31,795 bases of DNA from an uncultured Zetaproteobacteria bacterium. Its GTDB lineage: Bacteria > Pseudomonadota > Zetaproteobacteria > Mariprofundales > Mariprofundaceae. The position numbers were made by a program, and so were the translations under genes. The stretch spans positions 1 through 31,795 of the forward strand of contig CAZHOU010000001.1 in the NCBI GenBank assembly GCA_964534165.1, in the 5' to 3' direction. The notes under the pieces were generated by a model, which saw only the letters and a program-made list of their open reading frames with translations, was not told the DNA's origin and ran no database searches. Within the stretch, counting starts at the first letter, position 1. Every line of letters starts with the position of its first letter. Of this stretch, positions 1 to 10,000 are shown in pieces.

Positions 1-486
1 CCTACAGAACCTCCACATGCTGAAAATTCTGTAAACAACGCGGTTAATTCCTACACTTCACTTCACCCGGATTTTTCATGACGACCATACGCTCGCCTAG
101 GCGTCGGTCGGACTCAGGGGGCTCGTATCGTGGGAAACGGGATGCGAGACATAAATGTGCGGATTTCAAGAAGCATGGGAGTACTAGGAACGAGGAAGCC
201 GTGCATTCGGACCGCCGTCCTTGCCGTGCACTCGATTTCTCCTAAGTATTCATGAGATCGCGCCTGGATGGCGCAGAACAGGCGAGGTCGGGGCGCGCAT
301 GCGGGCAAGAAGCACAGAGCCTAACGCTTGTGTTCGCGGCCAAAGGCGCCCCCATGCGGATGTTGAGGACAGGGGAATGGAGGACGGTTGCACATCGCTC
401 AATCCTGTCCGCTTGGTATACGCGAGTTCATGAAAAAGCCGGGTTCATCCAATCCGCGGTTGACAGCATCGGTCCCTCCCTTTGAA

Positions 487-1374
487 ATGCCAGGCGTGAA
501 ACCCCGACTGATCCGCATCTCGTCTGCAACGGTCATCGCAATCCTGTGGGCCGCCTGTCCGATGGCAACCTTCGGCGAGGATGATGTGAACCTCCATGCT
601 GCTGTGGGCGGTCTGGAGACGCAGCTCACCGCTGAACCGGTTACCGTAGCGCCGTCGCGGCTCACCGCTGTAATGTCAAGCATCGATTTCACCGTTGAAG
701 GATTCATGGCGGAAAAGAGGAAACGCCCTGTGTTCAGTGAGGAGCAGATTCACGTCCTGGCGCCGATGATCCGGCGTTCCTTGCAGCAGATACGCGGCCA
801 CCGCGTCGTCGATTTCCGCACAGACGGTCTGCATGGCAGGGTGTTGCATCGCAAAGGCACGCTTTACTGGCATTTTCTCACCATCAACCACCGCCCCGCC
901 CGGCGCATTTACCGCCTCAATGAAAGCACGAGCGATCTGGACGAGGAAAAGGGGGATCAAACGGACAATCGGGTCGTTGAACGCTATTGGCGCCTGATCC
1001 CGTCCCAAGGGCAATCCCTCTACAAAGATCGACCGGATTGGCTCGAAACTCCAATGGGTACGGGAGGATCCCCTCGCTCGAAACAGACGCATCAGCAATC
1101 GACCGCAAAAGCATCTCCTCAACCTGCCCGGCCCGGAGCGGGAACAGGCGGGGATCTTAATGCGCGAATGACCAAGTTGCGGGCCTTGTTGGCCAAGGGG
1201 TTGATCGACCGCAAGGATTACGATGACAAGGTGGCCTCCATGATCGAGGAATACGAATCCGCCCATCCCGCAATTGAAGACCGCCTCGAATTCCTGCGTT
1301 ACCTGCACGATGCGCATTTCATCAGCGATGAGGTGTATGCACGCCACAAGAAACGCCTCCTCGATGCTCTCTAA
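487..1374 (+). CDS. Exported hypothetical protein with two C-terminal SHOCT-like repeats
   Basis: ORF 388..1374; start moved to ATG 487 because a signal-like segment follows (RLIRISSATVIAILWAACPMATFG). Two SHOCT-like helices: RMTKLRALLAKGLIDRKDYDDK and RLEFLRYLHDAHFISDEVYARHKKRLL. Start uncertain (ATG 430 also possible). Confidence 0.6.
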   Translation: MPGVKPRLIRISSATVIAILWAACPMATFGEDDVNLHAAVGGLETQLTAEPVTVAPSRLTAVMSSIDFTVEGFMAEKRKRPVFSEEQIHVLAPMIRRSLQQIRGHRVVDFRTDGLHGRVLHRKGTLYWHFLTINHRPARRIYRLNESTSDLDEEKGDQTDNRVVERYWRLIPSQGQSLYKDRPDWLETPMGTGGSPRSKQTHQQSTAKASPQPARPGAGTGGDLNARMTKLRALLAKGLIDRKDYDDKVASMIEEYESAHPAIEDRLEFLRYLHDAHFISDEVYARHKKRLLDAL

Positions 1375-1511
1375 CACGGATTTTTCCTTGAAAACCATGC
1401 CTGGATTCGCGGCTCGGGGGCGGCCGCCGGTTGCACCATCTCCCGCCTGATAACAAGCATCCTCGCAGCCGATAAGATCGATCGTGTGGACGGTGTAGGC
1501 CTGCCCTCAGC

Positions 1512-2741
1512 ATGAACCAGCGACGTGGTTTTCTTTGGATCCTGGCTCTGTCCCTTCCGGGCTTGGCGGTTTCGCTGTATCTGACCTGGCTGTATCAACA
1601 AATCCTCACCGGTGACCTGAGCGAATTCAGCATCTGCGATTTCAGTCGCCATGTGAGCTGCGGAGCCGTGAGCGCTTCCCCCTGGGCCGAATGGTTCGCT
1701 GTCCCTATCGCCTGGTTCGGTGCCATGGTGTATCTGTTGTGGATGTGCTTGGCCATTCTGGGCCTCAAGGGGAAAAACGCCCCCGCAGCAAGGGCATTGA
1801 TTTTCCTGAGTGCTATGACTGCCGTGGCCATCGATCTCCGGCTGGGCTACATTATGGCCTTTCAAATCCGCAGCCTGTGCCTGCTCTGCCTCCTGACCTA
1901 CATTCTCAATCTCTTCATTCTCTTTCTTTCATGGCATACCATGCCCGTGCCCAGAAGCAGGCATCTGCTTCGTGGTCTGGCGGCGATCCATCCGCTGCGG
2001 CCGCGGGCGGAATACCCGCTTCTGATCGTCCTCCACGTGGTCGCCGGATTGTCGTTGGCCGGAGCCGAGCGGCTGCGCGTAACCGTGGCCAAGTCGACGG
2101 CGAATTTCAACGCCGTGGCCTTTTCCCATTTCTCTGCCACGGCTCCACGCTTCGAAGTCGATACCAGTCAGGACCCCTATCTGGGCGGGAAGAATGCTCC
2201 TCTCACCATTGTGGAGTTCAGTGATTTCCAATGCCCGTATTGCCGCAAAGCACACCTGATGCTGCAAGCACTGCTCCCATCCTACGCCGACGAGGTTAAA
2301 TTCGTTTTCAAGAACCTGCCTCTGGGCATCGATTGCAATCCGCTTCTCAAGGCCCGCTACGGGCGGGATGTGCATCCCTCGGCCTGCACGCTGGCACGTC
2401 TGGGCGAGGCGGCTCATCGACAGCACCGCTTCTGGGCGCTGCATGATCTGATCTTCCGGCGGCAACCGCAATTCGAGGGCAAGAAACTTTCCGAAGATGC
2501 CTTGCTGCGCCTGGCGGAGGCGGCCGGATTAGACATCAACCGCCTCAAGATCGATCTCGAGGATCCGGGCATCGACCGGGCGGTGAGCGCCGATGTACAG
2601 GAGGCCTATCGAGCCGGCATCCATGCCACGCCCACATTCCTGTTCAATGGTCTGAAGATTGAGGGGATGCCGCCGTCGGCCCGCATCCTGCAGCGCATCA
2701 TCGAGATCGAACTGAGGAGGGCCGTGAAACCACAACGGTGA
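1512..2741 (+). CDS. Vitamin K epoxide reductase (VKOR) domain fused to a DsbA-like thioredoxin domain
   Basis: N-terminal TM helices with loop cysteines CDFSRHVSC and redox CLLC; C-terminal domain with EFSDFQCPYC and cis-Pro loop ATPTFLFNG. Confidence 0.88.
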   Translation: MNQRRGFLWILALSLPGLAVSLYLTWLYQQILTGDLSEFSICDFSRHVSCGAVSASPWAEWFAVPIAWFGAMVYLLWMCLAILGLKGKNAPAARALIFLSAMTAVAIDLRLGYIMAFQIRSLCLLCLLTYILNLFILFLSWHTMPVPRSRHLLRGLAAIHPLRPRAEYPLLIVLHVVAGLSLAGAERLRVTVAKSTANFNAVAFSHFSATAPRFEVDTSQDPYLGGKNAPLTIVEFSDFQCPYCRKAHLMLQALLPSYADEVKFVFKNLPLGIDCNPLLKARYGRDVHPSACTLARLGEAAHRQHRFWALHDLIFRRQPQFEGKKLSEDALLRLAEAAGLDINRLKIDLEDPGIDRAVSADVQEAYRAGIHATPTFLFNGLKIEGMPPSARILQRIIEIELRRAVKPQR

Positions 2742-2772
2742 TCTTGTCCACCCCCATCATGCCCGTATTCGT

Positions 2773-3477
2773 TCAGGCTATGCGGATGTAATGCAAGAAA
2801 AGGCTCGGGCGTCCTTCCCTCCATCCCCGCTGCTCGAATTTTGTCCATGGGCGTTCCGCTTCACGCGGCACAAAACCGGCGGTGCCGGCCATGTTGCGCA
2901 GACCTGGAGTGGCATCGAGGATCTCCCGCATCCATTGCGCCAACTCAGGCCAGTCGGTCGCCAAGCGGACAAAGCCCCCAACCTGCAGGCGGGAGACCAA
3001 CAAACGGGCAAATTCCTTCTGTATCAGGCGGCGCTTGTGATGCCGGGCTTTCGGCCAGGGATCGGGGTGATTGATATAGACCCCATGGAGCGCCCCTTCC
3101 GGCACCTGGCGGGAGAGCACGTACTGGGCGGGGAGCTGGGATATACGACAGCGTTCGATGACCCCGGCCGCCTCCAGCCTTGAGACGGCCTTGGCCACGC
3201 CCGGCAGGTAGATTTCGACGCCGAGAAGCTGCCACTGCGGGTGCTCCAAAGCGAGATGGACAAGAAAGTCACCGTTCCCGAAACCGATCTCCATGACCAC
3301 CGGGCGACCGGGATCAAGACCGCAGTCGCGCAGGTTCTTGTTCGCCGGCAAGCCGATCCGCGGCAACCAGCGCTTGAGGCGCGCTTCCTGACCACGGGTT
3401 ACATACCCGTTCTTTCGGCCGTAGGTACGCTGGATCCGTTGCAAATACGCCTGCCGGGACTGGGTTGTCAGCCGCAT
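2773..3477 (-). CDS. trmB: tRNA (guanine-N7)-methyltransferase
   Basis: Motifs MEIGFGNG, GVEIY, HPDPWPKARHHKRRL, LATDW, TKFEQR. Start set at ATG 3477 within ORF 2773..3558. Confidence 0.93.
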   Translation of the reverse strand: MRLTTQSRQAYLQRIQRTYGRKNGYVTRGQEARLKRWLPRIGLPANKNLRDCGLDPGRPVVMEIGFGNGDFLVHLALEHPQWQLLGVEIYLPGVAKAVSRLEAAGVIERCRISQLPAQYVLSRQVPEGALHGVYINHPDPWPKARHHKRRLIQKEFARLLVSRLQVGGFVRLATDWPELAQWMREILDATPGLRNMAGTAGFVPREAERPWTKFEQRGWREGRPSLFLHYIRIA

Positions 3478-3560
3478 TCCCCAAGAATACAGCAGGCTAC
3501 CTGGCCGGGAAACCTTGCCTGCCGGCGGGGACGCGGCATTCATTGAAATTTCATCCAACC

Positions 3561-3974
3561 ATGACTACGATGCGTCGAATGCAGCGGGTGCTTCTACGAC
3601 AGCGGAAGGTCAGAGGCGTTCTATTGACCGCCTTTGCCGTGCAGATCATGGCGATGGGTTTTTGTGCCTTGCCTTCGGCACAGGCCGCCCCGATATATAG
3701 CCATGCAAATGCCGCCATGCATGCACAATGCCCGATGCCTGTTCAAAACGATGCACCCGCCTGCCCGCACTGCACTTGGCCGGACATTGGTGTTTCGGCC
3801 TCTCACGGCCCGGAGGCGGCGGTCCTGTTCTTCCAGGCAGCCACTATCCTTCCTCCGGCGGTTCCAGCAGCTTCCCCACCCCGCGTACTGCACGCATCCT
3901 CGCATCATGCGATCCGACTTGCGGGGCGAGGATCCACCCTGATCTACAGGACCAGTCTGCGCATCCGCATCTGA
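3561..3974 (+). CDS. DUF2946-like exported leader protein with CxxC (candidate copper-sensing regulatory peptide)
   Basis: Signal peptide ending SAQA|AP, Met/His segment (HANAAMHAQCPMP), CPHC motif, Pro-rich tail (LPPAVPAASPPR), end LIYRTSLRIRI; directly upstream of the TolC gene. Family assignment from overall architecture. Confidence 0.7.
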   Translation: MTTMRRMQRVLLRQRKVRGVLLTAFAVQIMAMGFCALPSAQAAPIYSHANAAMHAQCPMPVQNDAPACPHCTWPDIGVSASHGPEAAVLFFQAATILPPAVPAASPPRVLHASSHHAIRLAGRGSTLIYRTSLRIRI

Positions 3975-3976
3975 TT

Positions 3977-4042
3977 CAAACCTCCTAAGCCATTCGTGCA
4001 GGTCTCAGACCTGCATGCTTCTACTGCATTTCAGGAGGTTTG
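3977..4042 (+). promoter_or_regulatory. RBS-sequestering mRNA structure (anti-SD/SD duplex with inner hairpin)
   Basis: CAAACCTCCT (3977-3986) is the exact reverse complement of AGGAGGTTTG (4033-4042), which contains the SD of the TolC gene; inner hairpin TGCAGGTC-TCA-GACCTGCA (3997-4015). Confidence 0.75.
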
Positions 4043-4044
4043 TC

Positions 4045-5349
4045 TTGCCTATTCGAAGAACGATGCTGTCCACGCTGCTGGCGCTGGCAACGGCCGCATT
4101 CCCGGCTCTTGCAATCCCGGCGCAATCCGAAACGACGACACCCATGTCCCTGCATGAAGCCGAAAAGACCGCGCTCGGAGCCAATGCCGGACTGGCCGCA
4201 TCGCGAGCCCATGCGTCGGCCATGGCCGCCATCCCGCCGCAGGTAGGAAGCCTTCCCGACCCGAGTCTTTCCTTCGATGCCGTCAACCTGCCGGTGGACA
4301 CCTTCGCCACGGCGCAGGAGAACATGACACAATTGCGGCTGGGCCTGTCCCAGAAGATCCCCTTCCCCGGCAAACTTCGCCTGCGAAGCGAGGCCGCGCG
4401 GCTCCTGGCGTCCTCGGCCGCAATGGATACGGCGGAAACACGCCTGCGCCTGTTGCGCAACGTGCGCATCCGCTGGTGGAACCTGTTCTATCTCGATCGG
4501 GCACTGGAAATCGTGGAACGCAACGAGGATCTGCTGCGGCAATTCATCACCATTGCCCAAACCAAATACAAGGTGGGCAAGGGCCTGCAGCAGGATGTCC
4601 TTCTGGCGCAACTCGAACTCTCCAAATTGCTGGATATCGAGATCCGGCTCAAGGGCTCGCGCCGGGATGAGGAGGCGCGCTTGAACGCCCTCCTGAACCG
4701 GCCGACGAACCTCCATATTCGTCTGCCGTCACGGGTGAAGGAAACATTGCCGCCCCTTCCAAGCGAAACCAAACTGCATCAATGGGCCCTGGAATCGCGG
4801 CCCCTGCTGGCCGCACGCAGGGATCGGGTCAAGGCGGCGAAAAAACAGGTGGACCTGGCCGAACTCGACTACTACCCCGACTTCAAGATCAAAGGTGCCT
4901 GGGGCTTCCGGGGTGGGAACAACCCGGTGAACAACCAGCCGCGCCCGGATTTCGCCACTCTCGGCATCAGCCTCAACCTGCCGATCTACACCGCCACCAA
5001 GCAGGATCGTGAACTCGAACAGCGCAAGGCGGAAGTGGCCAGGGAAGAGTTCGCGCTGCGTGACACACAGGAGGCGGTGTGGTCCGAGGCATCCAACGCC
5101 CTCGCCGACTATCTCCGCGCCCGCGAACAGGCAAGCCTGTTCAAGACCGGCATCATCCCCCAGGCCAATCAGACCGTGGCCTCGATGCTGGCCGGCTATC
5201 AGGTCAACAAGGTGGATTTTCTGAACCTCGTCCGCTCTCAAATCACGCTCTACAACTATGAAACGCTGTACTGGAAAGCCCTGGCCGGGGCAAGACAGAG
5301 CCTGGCACGCCTGGAAGCGGCGGTTGGAAAGGAGATCGTTCATGAATAA
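4045..5349 (+). CDS. TolC-family outer-membrane efflux channel (CusC-equivalent)
   Basis: ORF 4015..5349; AGGAGG at 4033-4038 favours TTG 4045. Signal peptide, SLPDPSLSF, SQKIPFPGKL, LNALLNRP, ISLNLPIY repeats typical of OEP proteins; first gene of an RND triplet. Confidence 0.9.
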   Translation: MPIRRTMLSTLLALATAAFPALAIPAQSETTTPMSLHEAEKTALGANAGLAASRAHASAMAAIPPQVGSLPDPSLSFDAVNLPVDTFATAQENMTQLRLGLSQKIPFPGKLRLRSEAARLLASSAAMDTAETRLRLLRNVRIRWWNLFYLDRALEIVERNEDLLRQFITIAQTKYKVGKGLQQDVLLAQLELSKLLDIEIRLKGSRRDEEARLNALLNRPTNLHIRLPSRVKETLPPLPSETKLHQWALESRPLLAARRDRVKAAKKQVDLAELDYYPDFKIKGAWGFRGGNNPVNNQPRPDFATLGISLNLPIYTATKQDRELEQRKAEVAREEFALRDTQEAVWSEASNALADYLRAREQASLFKTGIIPQANQTVASMLAGYQVNKVDFLNLVRSQITLYNYETLYWKALAGARQSLARLEAAVGKEIVHE

Positions 5350-6721
5350 ACGCATGCTCGCCATTGTCGTCCTGAGCCTGGCGCTCGGTCTCGGGGCTGG
5401 CTACGGCCTGGCTCATCTGCGTGTCACCAAGGGCATGAACACATCCCCGGCGGCAACCGCGGGAAAGAAGGCGATATCCGAACGCAAACCGCTCTTCTAC
5501 CGCAACCCGATGCATCCGGAAATCACTTCGCCGGTGCCGGCCAAGGATGCCATGGGCATGGACTACATCCCCGTCTACCCCGAAGACCTGGGCGGTGGAG
5601 GCAAAAGGCCCGGCACTGTCGTGATCGACCCGACCGTCGTGCAATCCATCGGTGTGCGCACGGCTATCGCTGTGCGCAAGCAGATCTCCCGCACGATCCA
5701 GACCGTGGGCCGGGTGGACTACGACGAGGAGTTCATGACGCGGCTGCACCCGAAGATCAGCGGCTGGATCGACAAGTTGTTTGTCAGCGACACCGGAACA
5801 AGGGTCAAGCGCAATACGATGCTTCTGGCCTTGTATTCCCCGGAACTCGTGACCAGCGAGGAGGAATACTTACTGGCGCTGAAAAACTACGCCACGCTCA
5901 AGACCAGCCCCTTTCCCGATATCCGCAAGGGTGCCTTGGATCTGCTCCGCTCCGCCCGTGAACGGCTTGAACTGCTGGATGTTCCCAAACACCAGCTCGA
6001 GCAGCTGACCAAAACGAGAAAGGTCATGAAGAACCTGCACATCCATTCCCCGTTTCCGGGCATTGTCGTGCACATCGGTGCCCGCGAGGGCCAATACGTG
6101 ACACCCGCCACCGAACTCTACCGCATCGCCGATTTGTCGCGCGTATGGACCTACGTGGACGTCTATGAATACGAACTGCCGTGGGTTCAGGTGGGGGACA
6201 CGGCCGAAATGCGGCTGGAAGCGATCCCCGGCCGCGTGTTCACCGGCATCATCACCTACATCTACCCGTATCTGGACCCCAAGACACGAACCAACAAGGT
6301 GCGGCTCGAATTCACCAATCCGGACCTGTTGCTCAAACCGGACATGTTCGCCGATGTCACGATCCACGCCCGCCGCAAGATGAACGCCGTGGTCATCCCG
6401 ACCGAGGCCGTGATCCGAACCGGCGGAACGCCCAAGATCTTCGTCGTGCGCGGTCCCGGTGTCTTCGAGCCCCGCGACGTGCGCCTGGGCGTTTCCACCA
6501 ACGCCGAAACGCAGATTCTCGCGGGCGTGTCTCCCGGCGAACGGGTCGTGACCTCGGCGCAATTCCTGATCGATTCCGAATCCTCGCTCAAGGAAGCCGC
6601 GGCCAAGATGATGGCCCCAAAGAAATCCCCCACCCCGGTGCGGGAAGGCGGAGACAAGAAGATGAAAGGCATGCAGGGAATGGACATGCCGGAAACGTCG
6701 GCCGGGGAATCGCATGAATGA
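5342..6721 (+). CDS. cusB: CusB-type RND periplasmic adaptor subunit
   Basis: N-terminal anchor; FYRNPMHP...KDAMGMDY Met-triad region; GWIDKL, YSPELV, IADLSRVW, LKPDMFA, SAQFLIDSES; Met-rich tail. ATG 5342 overlaps the TolC stop. Confidence 0.92.
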   Translation: MNKRMLAIVVLSLALGLGAGYGLAHLRVTKGMNTSPAATAGKKAISERKPLFYRNPMHPEITSPVPAKDAMGMDYIPVYPEDLGGGGKRPGTVVIDPTVVQSIGVRTAIAVRKQISRTIQTVGRVDYDEEFMTRLHPKISGWIDKLFVSDTGTRVKRNTMLLALYSPELVTSEEEYLLALKNYATLKTSPFPDIRKGALDLLRSARERLELLDVPKHQLEQLTKTRKVMKNLHIHSPFPGIVVHIGAREGQYVTPATELYRIADLSRVWTYVDVYEYELPWVQVGDTAEMRLEAIPGRVFTGIITYIYPYLDPKTRTNKVRLEFTNPDLLLKPDMFADVTIHARRKMNAVVIPTEAVIRTGGTPKIFVVRGPGVFEPRDVRLGVSTNAETQILAGVSPGERVVTSAQFLIDSESSLKEAAAKMMAPKKSPTPVREGGDKKMKGMQGMDMPETSAGESHE

Positions 6722-7010
6722 CGCAGGCTATCCAAAAGAAAAGGCCTTCATTCCCCCTGCCTTTTCTTTGCGCAAACCAGCGACCCTGGCCCGGATTTTT
6801 CATGGGAACGCGCCTGCCTGCCGCGACTCCGGCGCAGGCATGGATGGACGGCGCAGGCAAGAAAGGGGCTGCGAAATGCAAGGGGTCACGATGCAAAAGC
6901 ACATCGGTTTCGACGCAACCCCTTCATGCTTTTCGATCGTTCAAATCCCGGCGCGTGATCATCATGAAAGATCCGGGCTGGTGATGAAGGGCATGGTGAA
7001 ATCATCATGA
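6714..7010 (+). other. Possible 98-aa ORF filling the cusB-cusA gap (unverified)
   Basis: ATG overlaps the cusB stop and TGA overlaps the cusA ATG (ATGA); no recognisable family. Confidence 0.25.
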
Positions 7011-10000
7011 TCGGGCGCATCATCGAATTGTCGCTGGCCAACCGCTTCCTGGTCTTCATGGCCACGGCACTCCTGATCGCTGCCGGCGCACTGGCCATCA
7101 AGAAGATGCCGCTCGATGCCATTCCCGATCTCTCCGACGTGCAGGTGATCGTATTCACCGAGTTCCCGGGGCAGGCGCCGCAGGTGGTCGAGGACCAGGT
7201 CACCTATCCGCTGACGACGGCCATGCTGGCCGTGCCGCATGCCAAGGTCGTACGCGGCTATTCCTTTTTCGGCTTTTCGTTCGTGTACATCATCTTCGAG
7301 GACGGCACCGACATGTACTGGGCCCGGAGCCGGGTTCTGGAATACCTGAATTACGCCGCCAAGTTCCTCCCGGCCGGCGTCACCCCGACGCTGGGGCCGG
7401 ACGCCACCGGCGTCGGCTGGGTGTACGAATACGCACTCGTGGACCGTTCCGGAAAACACGACCTGTCGGAACTCCGCTCCATCCAGGACTGGTATCTCCG
7501 GTACGCGTTGCAGACCGTTCCCGGGGTTTCGGAGGTCGCCTCGGTCGGCGGTTATGTCAAGCAGTACCAGGTGGAGGTGGATCCGAACAAGCTGGCCTTC
7601 TATAAGATTCCGCTCTCCAAGGTCAAACGCGCCATCCAGCGAAGCAACAACGATGTCGGGGGCCGCCTGATCGAGATGGCCGAATCCGAATTCATGGTCC
7701 GGGCGCTCGGCTACATCAAGTCCCTCGACGACATCCGCAACATTCCCATTGGTGTCGACAAACAGGGTACACCCATCTACGTGCGCGATGTCGCGGATGT
7801 GCACCTCGGGCCCGAACTGCGCCGGGGCCTTGCGGAGTTGAACGGCGAGGGGGAAGTGGCCGGCGGGGTCATCGTCATGCGCTATCGCGAAAATGCGCTC
7901 GAGGTCATCAAGCGCGTGAAGGCGAAGCTGGAGGAATTGAAGGCCGGCTTGCCCGACGGCGTCGAGATCGTTCCCACCTACGACCGCAGCAGCCTGAGCC
8001 TGCGCGCCGTCGAAAACCTCAAGGACAAGCTGCTGGAGGAGTTCATCGTCATCTCTCTCGTCTGCGTGCTGTGTCTGCTGCATGCCAGGAGCGCCTTGGT
8101 CGCCGTGCTGACCCTGCCGCTGGGTGTGCTCGTGGCCTTTATCCTCATGCAATGGCAGGGGCTTGCGGCCAACATCATGAGCCTGGGCGGCATCGCCATC
8201 ACGCTTGGCGCCATGGTGGATGGGGCCATTGTGTTGATCGAAAATGCCCACAAGCATCTCGAGCGGGCGCTGGTCAAAAAACAGAACGTCATTGCGAGCA
8301 GTTCGGAGCAATCTTCGGAGGCCGAGGTTGCCACCGGGGCCCCGCCTTCTCGCCATGACGCGGATGTCACCCTCACCACCAAGGAGCGCTGGAAGGCCGT
8401 GAGCACGGCCGCCAAGGAGGTCGGCCCGGCGCTGTTCTTCTCGCTCGTCATCATCACCATCTCCTACACCGCGGTGTTCACCCTGGAAGCACAGGAGGGA
8501 CGGCTGTTCAAGCCGCTGGCCTTCACCGCCACCTACGCCATGCTCGGTGTCGCCCTGCTGGCAGTGACGCTGACGCCGGTGTTGATGGGTTATTTCATCC
8601 GTGGCCTCATCCTGCCGGAGAAGAAAAACCCGGTGAATCGCGGGCTCATCGCTGTGCACCGGCCGCTTTTGAACCTCACGCTCAAGGGCAAATGGATCTC
8701 GCTTCTCTTGGCGCTGGTGCTCCTCTCAAGCGCCGCCTGGCCACTTTCCAAACTGGGGAGCGAATTCATGCCGCCGCTGGACGAGGGGGACATCCTCTAC
8801 ATGCCCACCACCTTTCCCGGCGTCTCGATCACCAAGGCCAAGGAAATGCTGCAACAGACGGACAAGATCCTGAAAACCTTTCCGGAGGTGAAGACCGTGT
8901 TCGGCAAGGTCGGTCGCGCCGAGACCTCCACCGACCCGGCCCCGCTGTCGATGATGGAGACCATCATCCAGCTCAAGCCCCGCTCCGAGTGGCCGCATCC
9001 GGAGATGAGCACACGCGCGCTGATGCGCAAGATGGACAAGGCCATTCATTTTCCAGGACTGGCCAATGCCTGGACCTATCCGATCAAGACCCGCAACGAC
9101 ATGCTCTCCACCGGCATCAAGACGCCCATCGGCGTGAAGATCTCCGGTCCCGACCTTTCCACCCTGCAGCGCCTGACGGAAAAGATCGAGGATGTGCTGA
9201 AGGGCCTTCCGGAAACCCTGTCCGCGTTCGGTGATCGTGCCGTCGGCGGCCATTACGTGGACTTCCGCATCAAGCGCAAGGAGGCGGCCCGGTACGGCCT
9301 GACCGTTGGGGACGTCGAGGACGTGATCCAATCAGCCATCGGCGGCATGAACATCACGCAGACGGTGGAAGGACTGGAACGCTACCCGGTCAACCTGCGC
9401 TACCCGCGGGCCTACCGGGATGACATTGAGGTCTTGAAGCGGGTGTTGATCCCGACTCCCACCGGCGCCCAGATCCCGCTGGTGCAGGTGGCGGACATTC
9501 GCCTTGTCGGCGGCCCGCCGTCCATCAAGAGCGAGGCGGCCCGTCCCAATGCCTGGATCTACGTCGACCTCAAAACCTCGGATATCGGCGGCTATGTGGC
9601 CAAGGCCAAACAAGCCATCGCCGCACATGTCAAGCTTCCGCCCGGCTACGCCATTGGCTGGTCCGGCCAGTTAGAGTACATGCAGAGAGCGGCGGCCCGG
9701 CTTCGAATCGTCATCCCGCTGACGTTGGTGGCCATCTTCCTGCTGCTCTACTTCAATTTCCGCAATCTGACGGAGCCGCTCGTGGTCATGCTCGCCGTCC
9801 CCTTTGGGCTGATCGGAGGATTCTGGCTCGTCTGGTGGCTGGGTTTCAATCTCAGCGTCGCTGTCGGTGTCGGCTTCATCGCCCTGGCCGGTGTGGCAGT
9901 GGAAATCGGAGTTCTGGTGCTCACATTCATCGACCAGGAGGTGGCTGAGTTCCGGAAGGACAGGCAGGGAGGTGGGCTGACCGCGGTGGAGATCATGGAA

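Noticed and set aside
1-486. Short ORFs or an RNA gene in the left intergenic region
   Set aside because: ORFs 114..308, 221..433 and 252..485 lack recognisable motifs; no tRNA cloverleaf or strong repeat seen.
3478-3560. CueR/MerR operator (ACCTTGC at about 3512)
   Set aside because: No matching right half-site (GGAAGGT) and no TTGAC -35 with 19-bp spacing.
6920-6991. Anti-SD pairing before cusA (CCCTTCAT/ATGAAGGG)
   Set aside because: The 8-bp helix ends upstream of the likely SD (GGTGA) and does not clearly mask it; may be chance.
6962-8659. 565-aa minus-strand ORF, and similar long antisense or alternative-frame ORFs (5870..6715, 15888..17366, 19507..21366, 27161..28093, 29217..30689, 30617..31690)
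   Set aside because: Shadows of well-supported genes in GC-rich codon-biased DNA; no recognisable motifs.
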